Under the pieces are notes generated by a model. The model was not told where the DNA came from, did not search any database, and was given only the letters and a program-made list of their open reading frames with translations. Positions 23,974 to 38,900 of a stretch of 64,000 bases of DNA are shown in pieces. This DNA comes from Lytechinus pictus (lineage: Eukaryota): the NCBI RefSeq assembly GCF_037042905.1, contig NC_087245.1, positions 43,650,001 through 43,714,000 on the forward strand, written 5' to 3'. The position numbers were made by a program, and so were the translations under genes. Position 1 is the first letter of the stretch. Every line of letters starts with the position of its first letter.

Positions 23974-26900
23974 CTGGAGTGATTCAAGAATTTTAAAAAA
24001 GAAACAAAAAAAAGAGAAGATTTAGCGGGTGAACCTGGTAAGTCTCCAGTGCTGGTAACTTGGCAATTTTATAAAATTATCAACTTTTTGTTCCCTCCAG
24101 CCCAGGAATGTAAGTAAATTGCAACATTTTTATTAACTAGAATACAGAGAGCTCTCTGTTGAAAAGTAAACCATTAGGGCATGGAAATATCTGGATGTGA
24201 AAATATTTCCTTTTACAAGAGCTCAACTGCACATTTTACAGGAATAAATGTGCTGTTGAGCTTTCAAATTTGAACAGCAACATGCATCATGATTGAAAAC
24301 CCAATTACACAAAATTGATATATTGAAAAACAAAGGGTGTGATCACTGTCCCCCTTTTCCAATCGTAAACATTTTTCAGATCGCGATTCGGTGAAATATC
24401 TAAACACTGAAAAAGTTGCGTTTGGAAATGCTTTCAGATTTTACAACCTTTAACATTGCGCATGCAAGTACATGTATGAAACGTCTTTAAATTTTCTCTC
24501 ACAGTGAAAGCCTACACAAACACGTACCAGAATTGATTTTTTTTTTTGTGGGAAGGGTCAACTACAAGAGCAGGAAATTTAAAGACAATTGACGTATAAT
24601 CAGCTTTATATTTTTTTACCTTGAACGGTGCATCCCTTATCGTTTTTGTGTTCTGTAATTGCGTTTTTAATTATTCATGTTGCTATTTAAATTTGAACAT
24701 CAATATTGAACACACCCTTATTTAAAACATCCCTGTATAGATGCATCTTTCATTTGCACGAGAAAATCATTGCATTATCATCTGATTCCCTGAAGGCCAA
24801 GCCTTCAGGGAATCAGATGATAATTAACAAGCTCAAAAAACAGATGTGAAAGCTTGATAGAAACATTACATAAAATATATACATAATGGCATAGTTAAAT
24901 AAATGATGAAAAACAAACAATTCCTTTGGTATTTTACTATATGAAATATTCACAATCTCAACTTTTGCTCTAATAATAGAAATCACATTGTTCTACAACA
25001 TAAAACATTTCCTCATGGAACATTGTAAATAGAAAATGTTGTTCTTGTCAATTATTGTTATCAAATTAAGAGGGATTTATCATCAAAATGAAAAAAATTA
25101 TCAATAATCCATCCATGATGAAAATTTGCAATTTTCAAGCGATGAACTTGTTATATATAAGAAATTTTGTACGAGCAATGACATTCATTTATTTAGTTAT
25201 TTCCTCTTTAAGGATATTCATAGCATATAATGATTAAGAATATTCCATGCTATGTTGTTTACATTGTTAATTACACTGAGGCCATTCAAGAGCCTTCTAG
25301 AATTGAACTGCTCTAGAAATTGGGAGAATGTGCTGTTCAAAGACAATACTAGAAGCTTTCATAATAGTGGAAATTTATCTATATATAAGCTGGCAGTTTC
25401 TTCATCACATCAGATCAGAACTGAAAATTTCACACCAGACTTTATGTCAGAGCATAGTTTATTTCCAACTGGAATACAACTATCAATCTTCAATGAACTG
25501 TTTGCAGTTACTATGAGAGAGGAATTCTCAGTTCTCGAGATCATCAACCTGTTATAATGAACGCTTTTCAACCCATGGATTGCTAAAATTGACTGTAGTG
25601 TTAATCATCATCAACATCGTCTTCACGGACATTTCAATTCATTACAGTGACTCTTGTTATTCATCGTGATTCAACATCAATTTCATCATCGCCATCATTG
25701 TGAACTTTAATTTTAAGGAATCTTCCCCAACCAACTTTGATTTGATCTGGATTTAATACAGGACTATCATAACTTTGGATTGCACATCTAACTCTTCAAG
25801 AGATGTAAGATCATTATTGTTTGTTTTGTTTTAGTGTATGATTGATCTATTTCCTGTAATAAAAAAAGGAAATCAAATTTAAAACTAAATTTACATTGTT
25901 AATTGTTGCAGTAACATAACAAACTGTATAGTGACTGAGTGAAAAAGAGAGAGAGAGAGATAGAGATAGAGAGATAGGGTATGTGTCTTACTGTCTTTGT
26001 CCATTTTGGTCAGGAACATGGCGATGGTCTTGAAGCGATCTACGCATCGTAGCTTGTTGAGAAGTTGGTAGGTGAAGGCAGGATCTTCTTCAACTAGGTG
26101 ATTGGCCGATGCACTTAAGATCTTAGCCAACATGTCCCCATCAAGTTTGTTGCTCATAACTAAAATACATAGAAAGGGAAGCACAGTGTTATTGGAGAAT
26201 GGTCTTTAAAAATCAGATATGTAAATTACTGGACAATTACTCATTTGCTACAAAAGTCTTTGAGCACAGAAATTAATGTCGTACATACAATACACTTACG
26301 CATATTTGGGTGGCCATTTTGTAGGATTCGGGTTAAACTCAGTTTAAGATCGTTACCACAGCTGAAATTGATGAACCTATGATTAACTGAAATCACAACA
26401 TCTACTGATATTAAGCCAGGGTGGTGTTCCAAGAAGCTGTTCTTAAAGTTACAAGTGACTTTTACAACTAGTGACCCTTTCATAGGCTCTAAATTAACAA
26501 CAACAAAACTTTGGTGTACATCATTTCTAAGAAGAAGGGATCACCAGTCGTTCTCAAATTTGCTCAGAACTTTCGAACAGCTGTATGTAACACCCGCTTG
26601 TGCTTCAAAAGTTTGTGAACCCCACCAGAAATTGAACATATCTAAAGTGTTAAAGTTCTGCCATGTTTTAGATATTTAATTGTGAAGTCAGGTGATAAAA
26701 TACTATATTCAATATAGTTTGTTTCTCTGGGGTTGCTGAACATGGTAGTGTTGTTGTCTACATTCAAGACTCATCATGAAGGAGTTCATTTGGTGGTGGG
26801 TTTCACTCACTTTTGAGCACAACTGTATCATCAAGCACAAGAAAGGGTCACCTGATGGGTGTTTCATAAAGCTGTTCGTAAAGTTACGCAAGATTTCATG

Positions 26901-29900
26901 CATGACTGGTGACCTTTCTTGTGCCATACTATCCCTTTGTAGCTCACTTAGCACCTAAGATCATGCTCCAGTCGTGCGTAATTTTATGAACAGCTTCATG
27001 AAACACCCACCAGTTGTGCGTAACTTATGAACAGATTCATGAAACAGCCCCCCCCCCCCATCATATTTGGGTTTCTACAAGGGATTCCTGAGCTAAGCGT
27101 GGAATGATTGATAGGAACATGTGGTCCTTTTTTCTTTGTTTCTGATAACGTCCAAACAGACCGTAACATATTGCCAGCTTACGATACTTGAATATGGTGA
27201 TAGATATCAAGAAATTGATCATATCCAAGGTTCAAAACTGCTTTCAGCGTCTGTCAATATCTAGATACATCAATTTAAAAAATAGCTCTGAAGCTGAAAG
27301 TTAAAATAAAGGAACACACTCATTTTCAAGCAGTATCAATTGACAGCATTTATGTGACAAGGCCTCAAAGATGAAAGATAGTTGCATCTTTTTTTCTTAT
27401 TCATTTCCTACCTTTTGGAATATCATTGGGCTGCACCTGTTTCAAGAGCTTAGCATGTGCCTCAACATTCTTTCTCCTCTTCAATGATGTCCACTCTTGC
27501 ATGAACTCATAGGCAGTCATCTGCAAGAAATAAGGAGGATTTTACATTTGTACAGGATATTATAGAAAAGTATGTGACAATCAAAAGTTCATAGGTCAAT
27601 TATACTTATTTTGGTGACACTTGCTCCTGTGACTATTGCTCCAGGCTTAATTTGGTGACACTTGCTCCTGTGACTATTGCTCCAGGCTTAATTTGGTCTC
27701 AAATAAAGTTGCAATAGGGTTTTATGTTAGGTTTAGGATAGGGTATAATGTCAAGTCCAGGGCTGAAATTGGGCATTCCATTAGTGTGTGGAATTTACAG
27801 CAGAGCAATTGTCACCAGAGCAAGTGTCATGGAACCTATTTAGGACCTAAAACTGCATTTAGCTTCTTGATTTACCTTTTTTTGAGCTGGTAAGCCATTT
27901 GCAACATTTGAAGACTTTGTTCCACTACTTTCTGTGGCAGCAGCCGACAAATTCTTCCTTTTTTCCTTTTTCCCTGTATCTATACCTCCCTTCTCAGCTG
28001 CTGGCAAAGAGGTTGCTTTTGGTGAAGAGGGTATATTACTTTTCCTAGAAACTGGATCCTGTGAAGATAATGGATTGATTGTTATTTTCTTAACACAAAT
28101 GTCTCACTTGTTCTAAAAGAATTTACACTATAGATTAAAAATTTCCTCTAATTTATCATGATATTGTTAACAAATATATTCAATGAATTTAAATGACAGT
28201 AATTTGATTTTAACTCCTTCATCAGGATAAGTCCCTACTCTTATGAAAGGTGAAGCAGTTTAACATTGGGTCAGATGCATAAAAAGTAGCAATTGCTTTT
28301 GCTAGGCTTTTGCTAGATATGTACATGTATGCACAACAAGTGGAGCGCCTCTGGTAGTCTCACCTGCACTACGCGATTCAATACAGCAGCAGTGCTAACT
28401 TTGAAAACTACTATAAAGGAATTATTCCTAAAACCACCATTCATGTAAGGATACAATACCTTCATTGACCCTAAATATTTGACCTTGATCATGTGACCCA
28501 AGTCTTGTCAGTGATTCTTGATTACCCCCCTATGTCCACATTTAATAAACTATATCCATAAACTTTGAAAGTTATGACAGCAATTTAATATGTACCTCCA
28601 ACATGGCCAAAGTTCATTGACCTTAAATGACCTTTTACTTTGGTCATGTGACCTGAAACATACACGAGATGTTCAGTGATACTTGATTACTCTTATGTCC
28701 AAGTTTTATGAACTAGGTCCATACACTTTCAGAATTATGATGGTAATTCAACAAATACCCCCAACATGGTCAAAGTTCATTGACCTTTAACGACCTTTGA
28801 CCTTGGTCTTGTGAACTGAAACTCACACAGGATGTTCAGTGATACTTGATTACTCTTACGTTCGAGTTTTGTGAATCAGATCCATAAATTTTGAAGTTAT
28901 GATGGTAATTCATCAAATACCCCCAACTTGGCGAAAGTGCAATTGACCTTAAATGACCTTTGACCTTGCTCATATGACCTGAAACTCGCACAGGATGTTC
29001 AGTAATACTTGATTACTCTTATGTCCAAGTTATATGAATCAGATCAATAAACTTTAAAAGTTATGATGGTAATTCAACATTTATCCCCAACTTGGTCAAA
29101 GTTCATTGACCCTAAATGACCTTTGACCTTGGTCATGTGACTTGAAACTCAGGCAGGATGTTTAGTAATACCTGATTACCCTTATTACCAAGTTTCATGA
29201 ACAAGGTCCATATACTTTTGAAGTTATGACGAAATTTCAAAAACTTAACCTAAGATTAAGATTTTGATGTTGATTCCCCCAACATTGTCTAAGTTCATTG
29301 ACCCTAAATGACCTTTGACATTGGTCATGTGACCTGAAACACAGGCAGGATGTTCAGTAATACTTGATTAATCTTATGTCCAAGTTTCATGAACTAGGTC
29401 TTCCTACTTTCAAGTTATGCTGTCATTTTAGAAACTTAACCTTTGGTTAAGATTTTATGTTGACGCCGCCGCCGTTGGAAAAGCGGCGCCTTTTAGTCTC
29501 ACACTTCTTTGCAGGTGAGACAAATATGAGCGAGCACATGCTTTTGCTAGTAAGTTCAAGCAATTGCTAACTTATGCTTTGCTAGTAAGTTCAAGCAATT
29601 GCTAACTGACTGCTAGTATTTCCCTGACAATTAAGCTATTGCTAAAAAAGCGTTTGCATAAAGCGATCATTTCATTTGTGCATTTAAGCACTTGCTTGGG
29701 TTTTTTCACGCTCTGTCAGAGCAGCTTGAGCGTTTGCTAGATCAGGGCGTTCTCGTATTTTAATCATGTTCATGCACCTGAGAGAGAACCCCAAGGTGTA
29801 CCATAGCCTACATGTACATGTTTTCAAATTTATCAACAAGAAACAAGACCTTTGACCTTACCATGTGACCTGCAACTGCAGCATGACATCTCGTAACTAC

Positions 29901-32900
29901 ATCGACAATCAAAGTTTGGGTGAAAAGTGACTTGCGGTTGTGGAGTTATGAGTCATGAAAGAGTCTTGCATGTAAACTTTAACGTTGGCCTGAAAATGAC
30001 CTTTGACCTTACCATGTGACCTCCGACTGCATCCTAACATGCAGGTCCCCCAAGTACATCTACCATCCAAGTTTTGTTGAAAAGTGACTTACGGTTGCGG
30101 AGTTAGGTGGCATACGAGTCTTGCATGTAAACTTTAACGTTGACCTGAGAATGACCTTTGACCTTACCATGTGACCTCCGACTGCAGAATAACATGCAGG
30201 TCCCCCAAGTCCATCTACCACCCAAGTTTTGTTGAAAAGTGACTCACGGTTGCGGAGCTATGTGTCATTAGATTTGTGACGGACAGACGACATTTGGATC
30301 CCTTAGTCTCGCCTTCACCTCTGGTGGGCGAGACAATAAAGCAATTGCTGAAGCATGCTCCATTGCTTGGCTAGCTACATGTATTGCTTGTGCTTGAAGC
30401 AATTGCATCTGGCCCATTTACAATGTGGGAGGAAAGATATGAAATAGCTGAGAGAATACAATCCTGGTGGTTTCTTCACAGTTAATAAATTCTGATACCA
30501 GCTAGGGTTTATCATACCTACAAATTTGAGTTTCTAATCATGACATTTAAAATGCAATGTGTTGTTGTACATGTACATGTACAGTAGATATATGCTGTCA
30601 TCAACTAGCCATGCTGAATGAGTATTAAACAAACAAAAAATAATAAACCTTGCAGTTAAATATCAAGACAGCGTTTGTCATCCTACTTGACTGTTGAATA
30701 TTTAGTTCATACTTTACAACTATATGAAATAGTTCACAACTATATGAAATGTCTATCCCCACCCCCTCTATTTGAAGGAAAAAAAGAAGCAATATAACCT
30801 ATTGAAAGAAAAGGGGATGGAAAATGTGTATTTTTTGGTGTAAAAGGATTATTTTCAACTTTCTCCAATAGACACAACTTCGAGGGGGAAAAAGTATTTT
30901 CATAAAACCTGCAGTATTTTTATTAAAAATGGATAAAATACTGCAGAAAATGAACAGTTAGCATCTCTGAAAAGCCCCCACCCCCTAAAATGGAATCTAA
31001 TAAAACCATGGTTAAAAATTATAATTGCTACAAAGTTGATGGAAAGAAAGGACAGAGCATTTGATGCAAATGTTGGGTTTGGAAGAGACAGTGGATCAGA
31101 TGGTAAAGGCGAACAGAGTACGTTGGTATGGGCATATGTTGAGGAGGGATAATGATCTTGTTTTGAGAAGGGCACTTGAGTTTTGAGGTGGCTGGTCAGG
31201 GGGGGGGAAGAAAGGAAACCGAAAAGACGAGGAAGAAACAAGCGGTAGGAGGGTTGGATTGAGGGAGGAGGGAGTGCTGAGTGAGTCCTGCCACCCCCAT
31301 AGTTGGGGACATAAGTCTGCGATTTAACCCTATCTAGGTCGGGGTATTTTGGGATATCATTGAAATTGCTATTACTTGATTATGCTAATTTATGTGTAAT
31401 TAGTATGCAAAATCTTACTTTTTCCTCTAACTCCCTAAAGAAAGCTCCAAATGTTCTAATTTTTGTCTAGTCTTTGTGGTATTCTTAACAAATGTAAAAG
31501 AAAGAAAATTGCGATATCAGATCAATTTCGTATGTTTTATATTGTTTTTGCAATTTCTTATGTATTTCTTTTTTGTTTACCTTTTGTTTTTCATTGTTTT
31601 TTCTATTAACTTTGTCAGGGACTCCTTAATAATAATAATAATAATAATCCGTTTTTTATATAGCGCTTAATACATCGGAACGACGTGTCTAAGCGCTTTA
31701 CATATATATTATTACCCCGGTCATCGGATTCAATCAGTCATTCCCGCACACAATGTGTGCACATCCTCCACTCACTGGGGAGTATCCTTAGAGATCATAA
31801 ACAGCATAAAATAAATCCATTTAGACCAGCAAAACTAAAAATAATCATACATTTATGATTTTTGGTTGAAAACACAATTTCCATTGACTTTGTACACAAA
31901 ATCACATTTTTGGGCAATTTTTGGTTGTTGCGTAATTTCAGAACCGCGTACCCGGGTGTCACAAATTTGGTCTCAAAAGATGCGCAAGACTTGAAAGTAA
32001 AAAGTCAGTGAGTGGAGCGGTAAAAAAAAATTTACATGGCAAAAATATTGACTGACTTACCTGCTCTTCATCGCTACTCTCGGTCACTTCCTCAATCTGC
32101 ATCCTTTTGCCAGATTTCTTTTTCATATGAACTCCATTTTCTACACCATTCTCTTTACTCTCCTGAGCAGCCTTGCTCTGTTTATCTCTCAAATCCTATG
32201 GGAATTCAAGGTAAACAGAAGAAAATATGCAATATTATACTTTTCTGAGGAATCAAGGAGATTAGAGAACAAACAGTTCTGTTTCTTTCCTTTTCATGTA
32301 GTTTTGTTTGTTTTCGACTGATACTCCAATGCAATATTGCTGCGGGTAACTACATATAAGTTGAACAAGTGGCTATGCCACAGGGATTATCACATTACAG
32401 GCTAATAAATTCAAGCAAGAAAATTGAGACAATCTGCTCGGTAGTATTATTTCCACAGCTTTACTTTGTCGCCCTACTCTAGAAGGTCCCTTGGGTAGCC
32501 TTAATAGATAGGTTTGACTTTGAATCCAATATCCCTCACTCACCTTCCTCCAGGCATCTTTCACCAACTCCAGTTCCTTCTTGGCAGACGGATTAGCGGG
32601 TTCTATTTTCAGCAAGTCCATCAAGTCTTTCACACTCTCCTGGAAACTACCCAACGTCTACAATAAACATGTAACAAAAGTAGACCTGCATTCTGAACTT
32701 ATATAGAGTTTAATTTAAACTCTTGATCTAAACATGTGGGTTAAGTATGGATAACCAATTGTGACACAAATGTTTAATAGCACAGGTTTGATTTTATCAG
32801 CTTGTCTATTAGTCAGGTAATTCATAACTGTATTGGAATGATAACATTTTGCCACTGTAGCATCATGAAATAGCACAGTGAGCATAAGAAACATAACCAT

Positions 32901-35900
32901 GTTTTTTTTTTTTACATTTTTGATATCCCATAGTATTAGACCATGGTCGAAGTTAAAGAGGCCTTAAGAATATAGCTTTTGTGGACAAACTCAGACTTTA
33001 CTTTATACTTTTTATAAATAAGAGAAGGGCAATTCCATGAAAAGTAACCCCATTAAAGGACAAGTCCACTCCAACAAAAAAAATTATTTAAATATAAAGA
33101 GAAAAATCCAACGAGCATAACACCGAAAATTTCATCAAAATTGGATGTAAAATAAGAAAGTTATGACATTTTAAAGTTTCGCTTAATTTCACAATACAGT
33201 TATATGCACATCCTGGTCGATATGCAAATGATGAAAGTGATGACGTCATCCACTCACTATTTTTTTTGTATTTTATTATATGAAATATTCTAAGTTTTTC
33301 CTCATTGTCAAGTGAAACAGTGATTAATTCCTCCCTATACATGTGAAATTAGCATTGTTCAATACTGTATGGTTCAGTCAAGTCGGTCTCTATGGTCAAA
33401 TCTGTAAAAAATTAAATTGTATATTTCAAACAATAAAAAACAAAAGAAATAGTGAGTGATGGACATCATCGACTGACTCACTTGCATGTCACTGAGTTGT
33501 GCATATCACTGTTTTGTGAAAAATAAGTGAAAATTTAAAATGCTATAACTTTCTTATTTTACATCCGATTTTGATGAAATTTTCAGTGTTATGGTCGTTT
33601 GATTTTGCTCTATTTATTCAAATCAACATTTTGCTGGGGTGGACTTGACCTTTACCAAATCAAATAATTCATGTCTTGAGTAGTTTAGGAAGTGCAGTTA
33701 AAATGAGAATAAGGGGTTCAGACTTATGAATAAGGTATAGTTATTTTAAGTGATTGTCTAGAATGTCCAGAATAATTATGTTGAGTCTCAAATGTTACAT
33801 CAAGATTTTGGTAAGTGTAAGGATAACCTGGTGGCAATTGTTGTAAATCTTGTGCAGGATTACCAGTATAGAACACACAACAATGCACTCACGGTTTCTA
33901 TTCATACTTGGAAACCACTGCACCAACTTGATCTTACCTTCCTAGCCAGTGCTCTACGATAGAGAGCTTTGACTCCTTTAGGATCTCTCTTCAAGGCTTC
34001 ATTACAATCCTCGATTGCATCTTCCGGCTGAGTGGAAGGAAAATACACAGATAACAGGATATCTTCATTAACACAATAAGAATTTATCAATCGTTCCCCC
34101 AATATCAACAAAAAAAGATGTTTGGCATTCTCTTGCTCATGCTGCTCCGGTTTAGTAAAATCAACCTTCCAAATTTGCTGATAGCATTTGATATAGTTAC
34201 AGTTGACAATTTAGAACAGCTCTTACTAATTCAAAATGTACTCAACATTTCAACAAAGTGAACTCAATAACAAATATTTTCCTTTCCTTTATTTTATTAA
34301 ATGCAAAGAAACTGACTATAATTATTATTATTAATGGCAATTCTACATATTCAAGGAAGAAAATTTATTATATTCATATTTCATTTATAATAAGATACAA
34401 AGTAAATTTTAAGTGATGTCATCATTTCCCGTATTTGCGAAAATTTTTCACCTTATTTTACATCTAATTATGATGAAATTCTCCAAGTCACAAATGTTTG
34501 AGTGCTGTCTTCATATTCACACCAACTTTTTTCCCCTAATTTTCTTCTCTAATAGCACATTCTAATAGTTGATTGTTTCCTTACCAGGTTCAGTTTGAGA
34601 TAGCAGAGTGCTCTGTTGGAATAGCTGACAGATTGGCTTGAGTCTACTTCAATACTTCGGGTATAGCAGCCGATAGCTTGACTGTATGCACCCTGTGAAT
34701 ACATTAAAAAAAGATACTATAACATACATGTACATGTAAGAGATGGTATGTTTCTGATATAGTGACAAGGTGAGTGGAAGAAGGACTGTAGTTGGATCTT
34801 TACATTGCTATTATCATATTGCATTTAACAAAACAGATGGATAACAAGAGGCTGAATTTTGTTAGAACTTGATCTCTGTATAATGTAGTATTTGGATTTT
34901 TCAGTGAACAATGCTATTCTCATTTTGTTGTTTTCTTTCCAGTAAAAAAAAAAATTGCCATTCAACCATTTCCAATCTGAGTCATGTCGAAAAAGGGAAA
35001 ATGCCCTCATCCAGACATGTGTGCATGAACTTATCTAAAAACCATTTATATGAAAAAGTTAAATTAATCTTTAAGTATATGACGGAGGAAAAAAAACACA
35101 TGAAGATACCTTCTTTACAAGGTCATTGCCCTGAGCCTTGAATTCCTGGAACCTTTCCTCTTTGGTTTTCGGTTTATCCTTAGTGGTCTTCTTCTTCCCT
35201 GCTTCTCTCAGTGGAGGTTGCGACGGGGACGTCTTGGGTTTATGAGCAGTCTTCGTAGAAGACGGCATGGCTCCTTCGGGTGGTGCAGCACCCCCTGTTG
35301 AAGCACTCGATGGCGCCTTTGCAGCAGGAGGAGTGGTAGATGAGGACGGCAATGATGAAGCAACTTCTGCCGCAGGTGATATTGTCTGTGCAGCATTTGT
35401 TTTAGCAGCTAAATTTTGGATTCAAATCATTTAAATTAGAGCATTACGATTGCTAGTTGCTTGCTCACAATCATTCATGTGTTCTTAGCATTTGGTTAAA
35501 ACAACCACCACCATGATCACCCTATTAATTCATTATAGGTACATGTGGTCAATTCCAGCGTAACGGACATGACAGTCAGACAAATTTGTGTAATTTTAAG
35601 TTTCATACAGTAGAATTGACAGTCTTTGAATAATTGTTAGTGAACTTATCAAACACATTTAAGTATCAGTTACATACACATGAAATTTCAAATCGTTTCG
35701 TTGAACAGGTGCAGAGAAACTGCACTCTTTGTGAGCGTAATGGACATGAACACGGAATTGACAAAGCATTTTAACCTCCTATTGCTTATCAAATTCCTGT
35801 GAATTCTTAGACTGCATGAATCTGATGTTGGTATTGATTACACCTTAAAGGAGAATGAAACCCTTGAAACCAGCTGAATCCATATCAAAGAGAAAAATCA

Positions 35901-38900
35901 AAGAAACATATTGTTGAAAGTTTGAGGAAGATTGAATGAATAATAAGAAAGTTATGAGCATTTGAATATTGAGATCACTAATGCCATGTAGATCCTCCCA
36001 TTGGCAATGCGACCAAGATCTGTGATGTCACACACGTACAACTCCCTCATTGCTTTAGTACTTATTTCACTTATATTCTCACTTTTATAGAATCTATCAC
36101 AAGGTGAGGTCAGTAGCGTACCGTGACTCGGAGGAGACAAAGCATTGGGGGGGGCAAAGCATTGTTCACAGACAATGCACTGCCCCCCCAATGCTTTGTC
36201 TCCTGCGGTTCACGGTACGCTACTGGGTGAGGTGTTCTCTTTATGAGAGGACAAGTACAGAGGTTTCACAACATTATATCATTGATGAATCGTTTGTCAT
36301 ATGATTAGAAAGAGCAAAAAGAGATGTTTTGGGGTATATTTTCAGTGTCCAAAAGGGGAGAGTTGTTCATCTGTGATATCATGGATCTTGGTTGCGTTGC
36401 CAATGGGAGGATCTCCATAGCATTAGTGATCTCGACATTCAAATGCTCGTAACTCTTCTATTGCTAGTCCTATTTTACTCAAACTTTTGTTGATCTTATT
36501 CTTTGATTTTTCTGCTTTCACAAAAGCTAACTTGCTCAAAGAGTTTCATTCTCCTTTAAGATCATGCTCCATTCACAAAATGATGTTCAACAACAGTTGT
36601 TCAGTATATTATGTATTCATAGCTCAAAATGTATCGTAACAGACATGACACACCTATATGAAGCATAACGGACATGACAGTTACATCCACTTTGTGTAAG
36701 TTAATATAATCATTTCATTACAAGATATGGTAGAAGTCTAATTGTTTACATATTAAGGGTACAAGTTAGAGACACACATCAGAAAAGCATTCTGTAATAT
36801 CTCATAATATTGTAATTTTAGAGGGAGACTTTTCTTACAATATTTATAAAATGAAAAAAGAATACTAAGAAAAATTATTCTGTACCAGAAAGTAACAATT
36901 AATGAATATTTTCCAGTTACTAGTACTACCATCCACCACATCTACATGTAATTAAACAAAAATAAGTTGATAGTAAAGGTTCTTTTTTTATTCATAGCTT
37001 AGTATTTGACAATACACAAGCATAACGAACATGACACCCTTATGAAGTGAACGACATCGGCACTTCTTAGTTTCAAAATGAAAGAAATATGATTGATGAA
37101 TATAACAGCAAAATACTAAGAAAAACATGTAAATCTTATAAGCAGGTTTTATTAATGTATAAATATTCATGATAATTTTATATACAATACAATGCTTATA
37201 GTATACCACTACGACCGAATCTAATTTTTGGGTGAAGAAATCAAAAAGTACAAGACCTGTGCATGTATATAAATCCAAGCTTAACACGCAATTAAACAGC
37301 CGCGTGCATGTCATGTCGAGCGCGAGCAGAATTGCTTGATCATCACTCCGTCCAGAGGCAGAGTATTGCAGGACATATGTCGTAGTTTCAAAGCAAAGCA
37401 GAGCATTTTAATAGTCTATATGTTGAGATACAACATATCCCCGCAGATATGATATCTTCCACAGATAATTTCCACAGTGGAGATCCTCTTGAAGACATGA
37501 ACTAGACAAAGATCCCAACAAAGAACAGAGTAGTGAGAATGAATCTGAGGAATGGAGCACTTCTCGGAAGAGATGATACTGTGCCAGGCGACAGCACATG
37601 CAAGGAAGGTGACAACACAGGCAAGGAAGGCGACAGCACAGGCAAGGAAGCTACCAAGGACGTTGACAAACAAGATAGGCTTTTATGCAGCAAGGACTGG
37701 AACAACCTCCAACAGCATCCAGCCCATTATTCCTCAAGAACCTGCAAGGACTGGAACAACCTCCAACAGCATCCAGCCCATTACCCCTCAAGAACCTACA
37801 AGGACTGGAAAACCTCCAACAGCATCCAGCCCATTATTCCTCAAGAACCTACAAGCACTGGAAAACCTCCAACAACATCCAGCCCATTACCCCTCAAGAA
37901 CCTACAAGGACTGGAACAACCTCCAACAGCATCCAGCCCATTACCCCTCAAGAACCTACAAGGACTGGAACAACCTCCAACAGCATCCAGCCCATTACCC
38001 CTCAAGAACCTGCAAAGACTGGAACAACCTCCAACAGCATCCAGCCCATTACCCCATCTGTTGATGCCTTCAAGGCCTTCTTGAGTTGGGATGCAGAACC
38101 ACAAACAAGAATGTTTTTACTTACATATGTATATTTGCACCTGCACTACAAGAACATGAGCTTTTATTATGAAATAACAGTATGTGAAAAGTTCCACACA
38201 TACACACACAACCAGTGCGTCTATCTTCATCATCTTGAAGCAGCACTTAGTCTCTCTCGAAGAAGAAAATGTATTTCATGATAAAGAATATACTAGTAAT
38301 GTCAGTTGTTGTTTTTTTATCAAATAATAATAATAAAATGCACTTTAAAGGTTAAAAGCAGTTCCTGGAAGCAGTCTTTCATTACCGATATGAAATATGT
38401 ATGAGTTGAAAGGAAATTGGAATATTTGTATATCACTACTGAGAATTTCTTTCATTCAGAACTGATATCATCCTGAGTATAATCATCCTCTCATCAAATC
38501 TTGCATGTTTATATTTAAAACATCCACTTCTTGATTATTTTAATAAAATGTTTCCTTTTCATGACAGTAAGAGAATGAGTTCACGGTTTCCCTGAAAAAT
38601 TTCACACTATGTCCATCGTCTTCTTGTTATGTGGTCGCATGGGCAACAAAGTATATTTGTGTTTACTTAGTAGAAAATTCAATTCACACAAAGGTGTTCA
38701 CTTGTACTTCCGGAGAGGGGAGGGAGTAGATTGTGGCTCATCATCACTGGTTATGCAGTCTTGAATCTTTATGAACTCCCTGCTCACATTCAAATTTGTG
38801 TCGAATTTGTGTATTTGTTTGTTTCATATTCTCACAAGCTCCAGTGTTGGTTTTGAACTGGATACTTCCCTACTGACTGGTTGCAACCAATGTATTTGCA

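Larger units (their letters stand above)
28267..30416. mobile_element. MITE-like element (agcaattgct-rich) split by two HINE-like insertions
   Basis: TIR tgggtcagatgca / tgcatctggccca; agcaattgct motifs resume at 29525-29760 and 30340-30416. Confidence 0.6.

Noticed and set aside
37533..38281. Three overlapping 170-198 aa ORFs as a nested host gene
   Set aside because: Explained by a stop-free minisatellite whose 53-bp units shift frame
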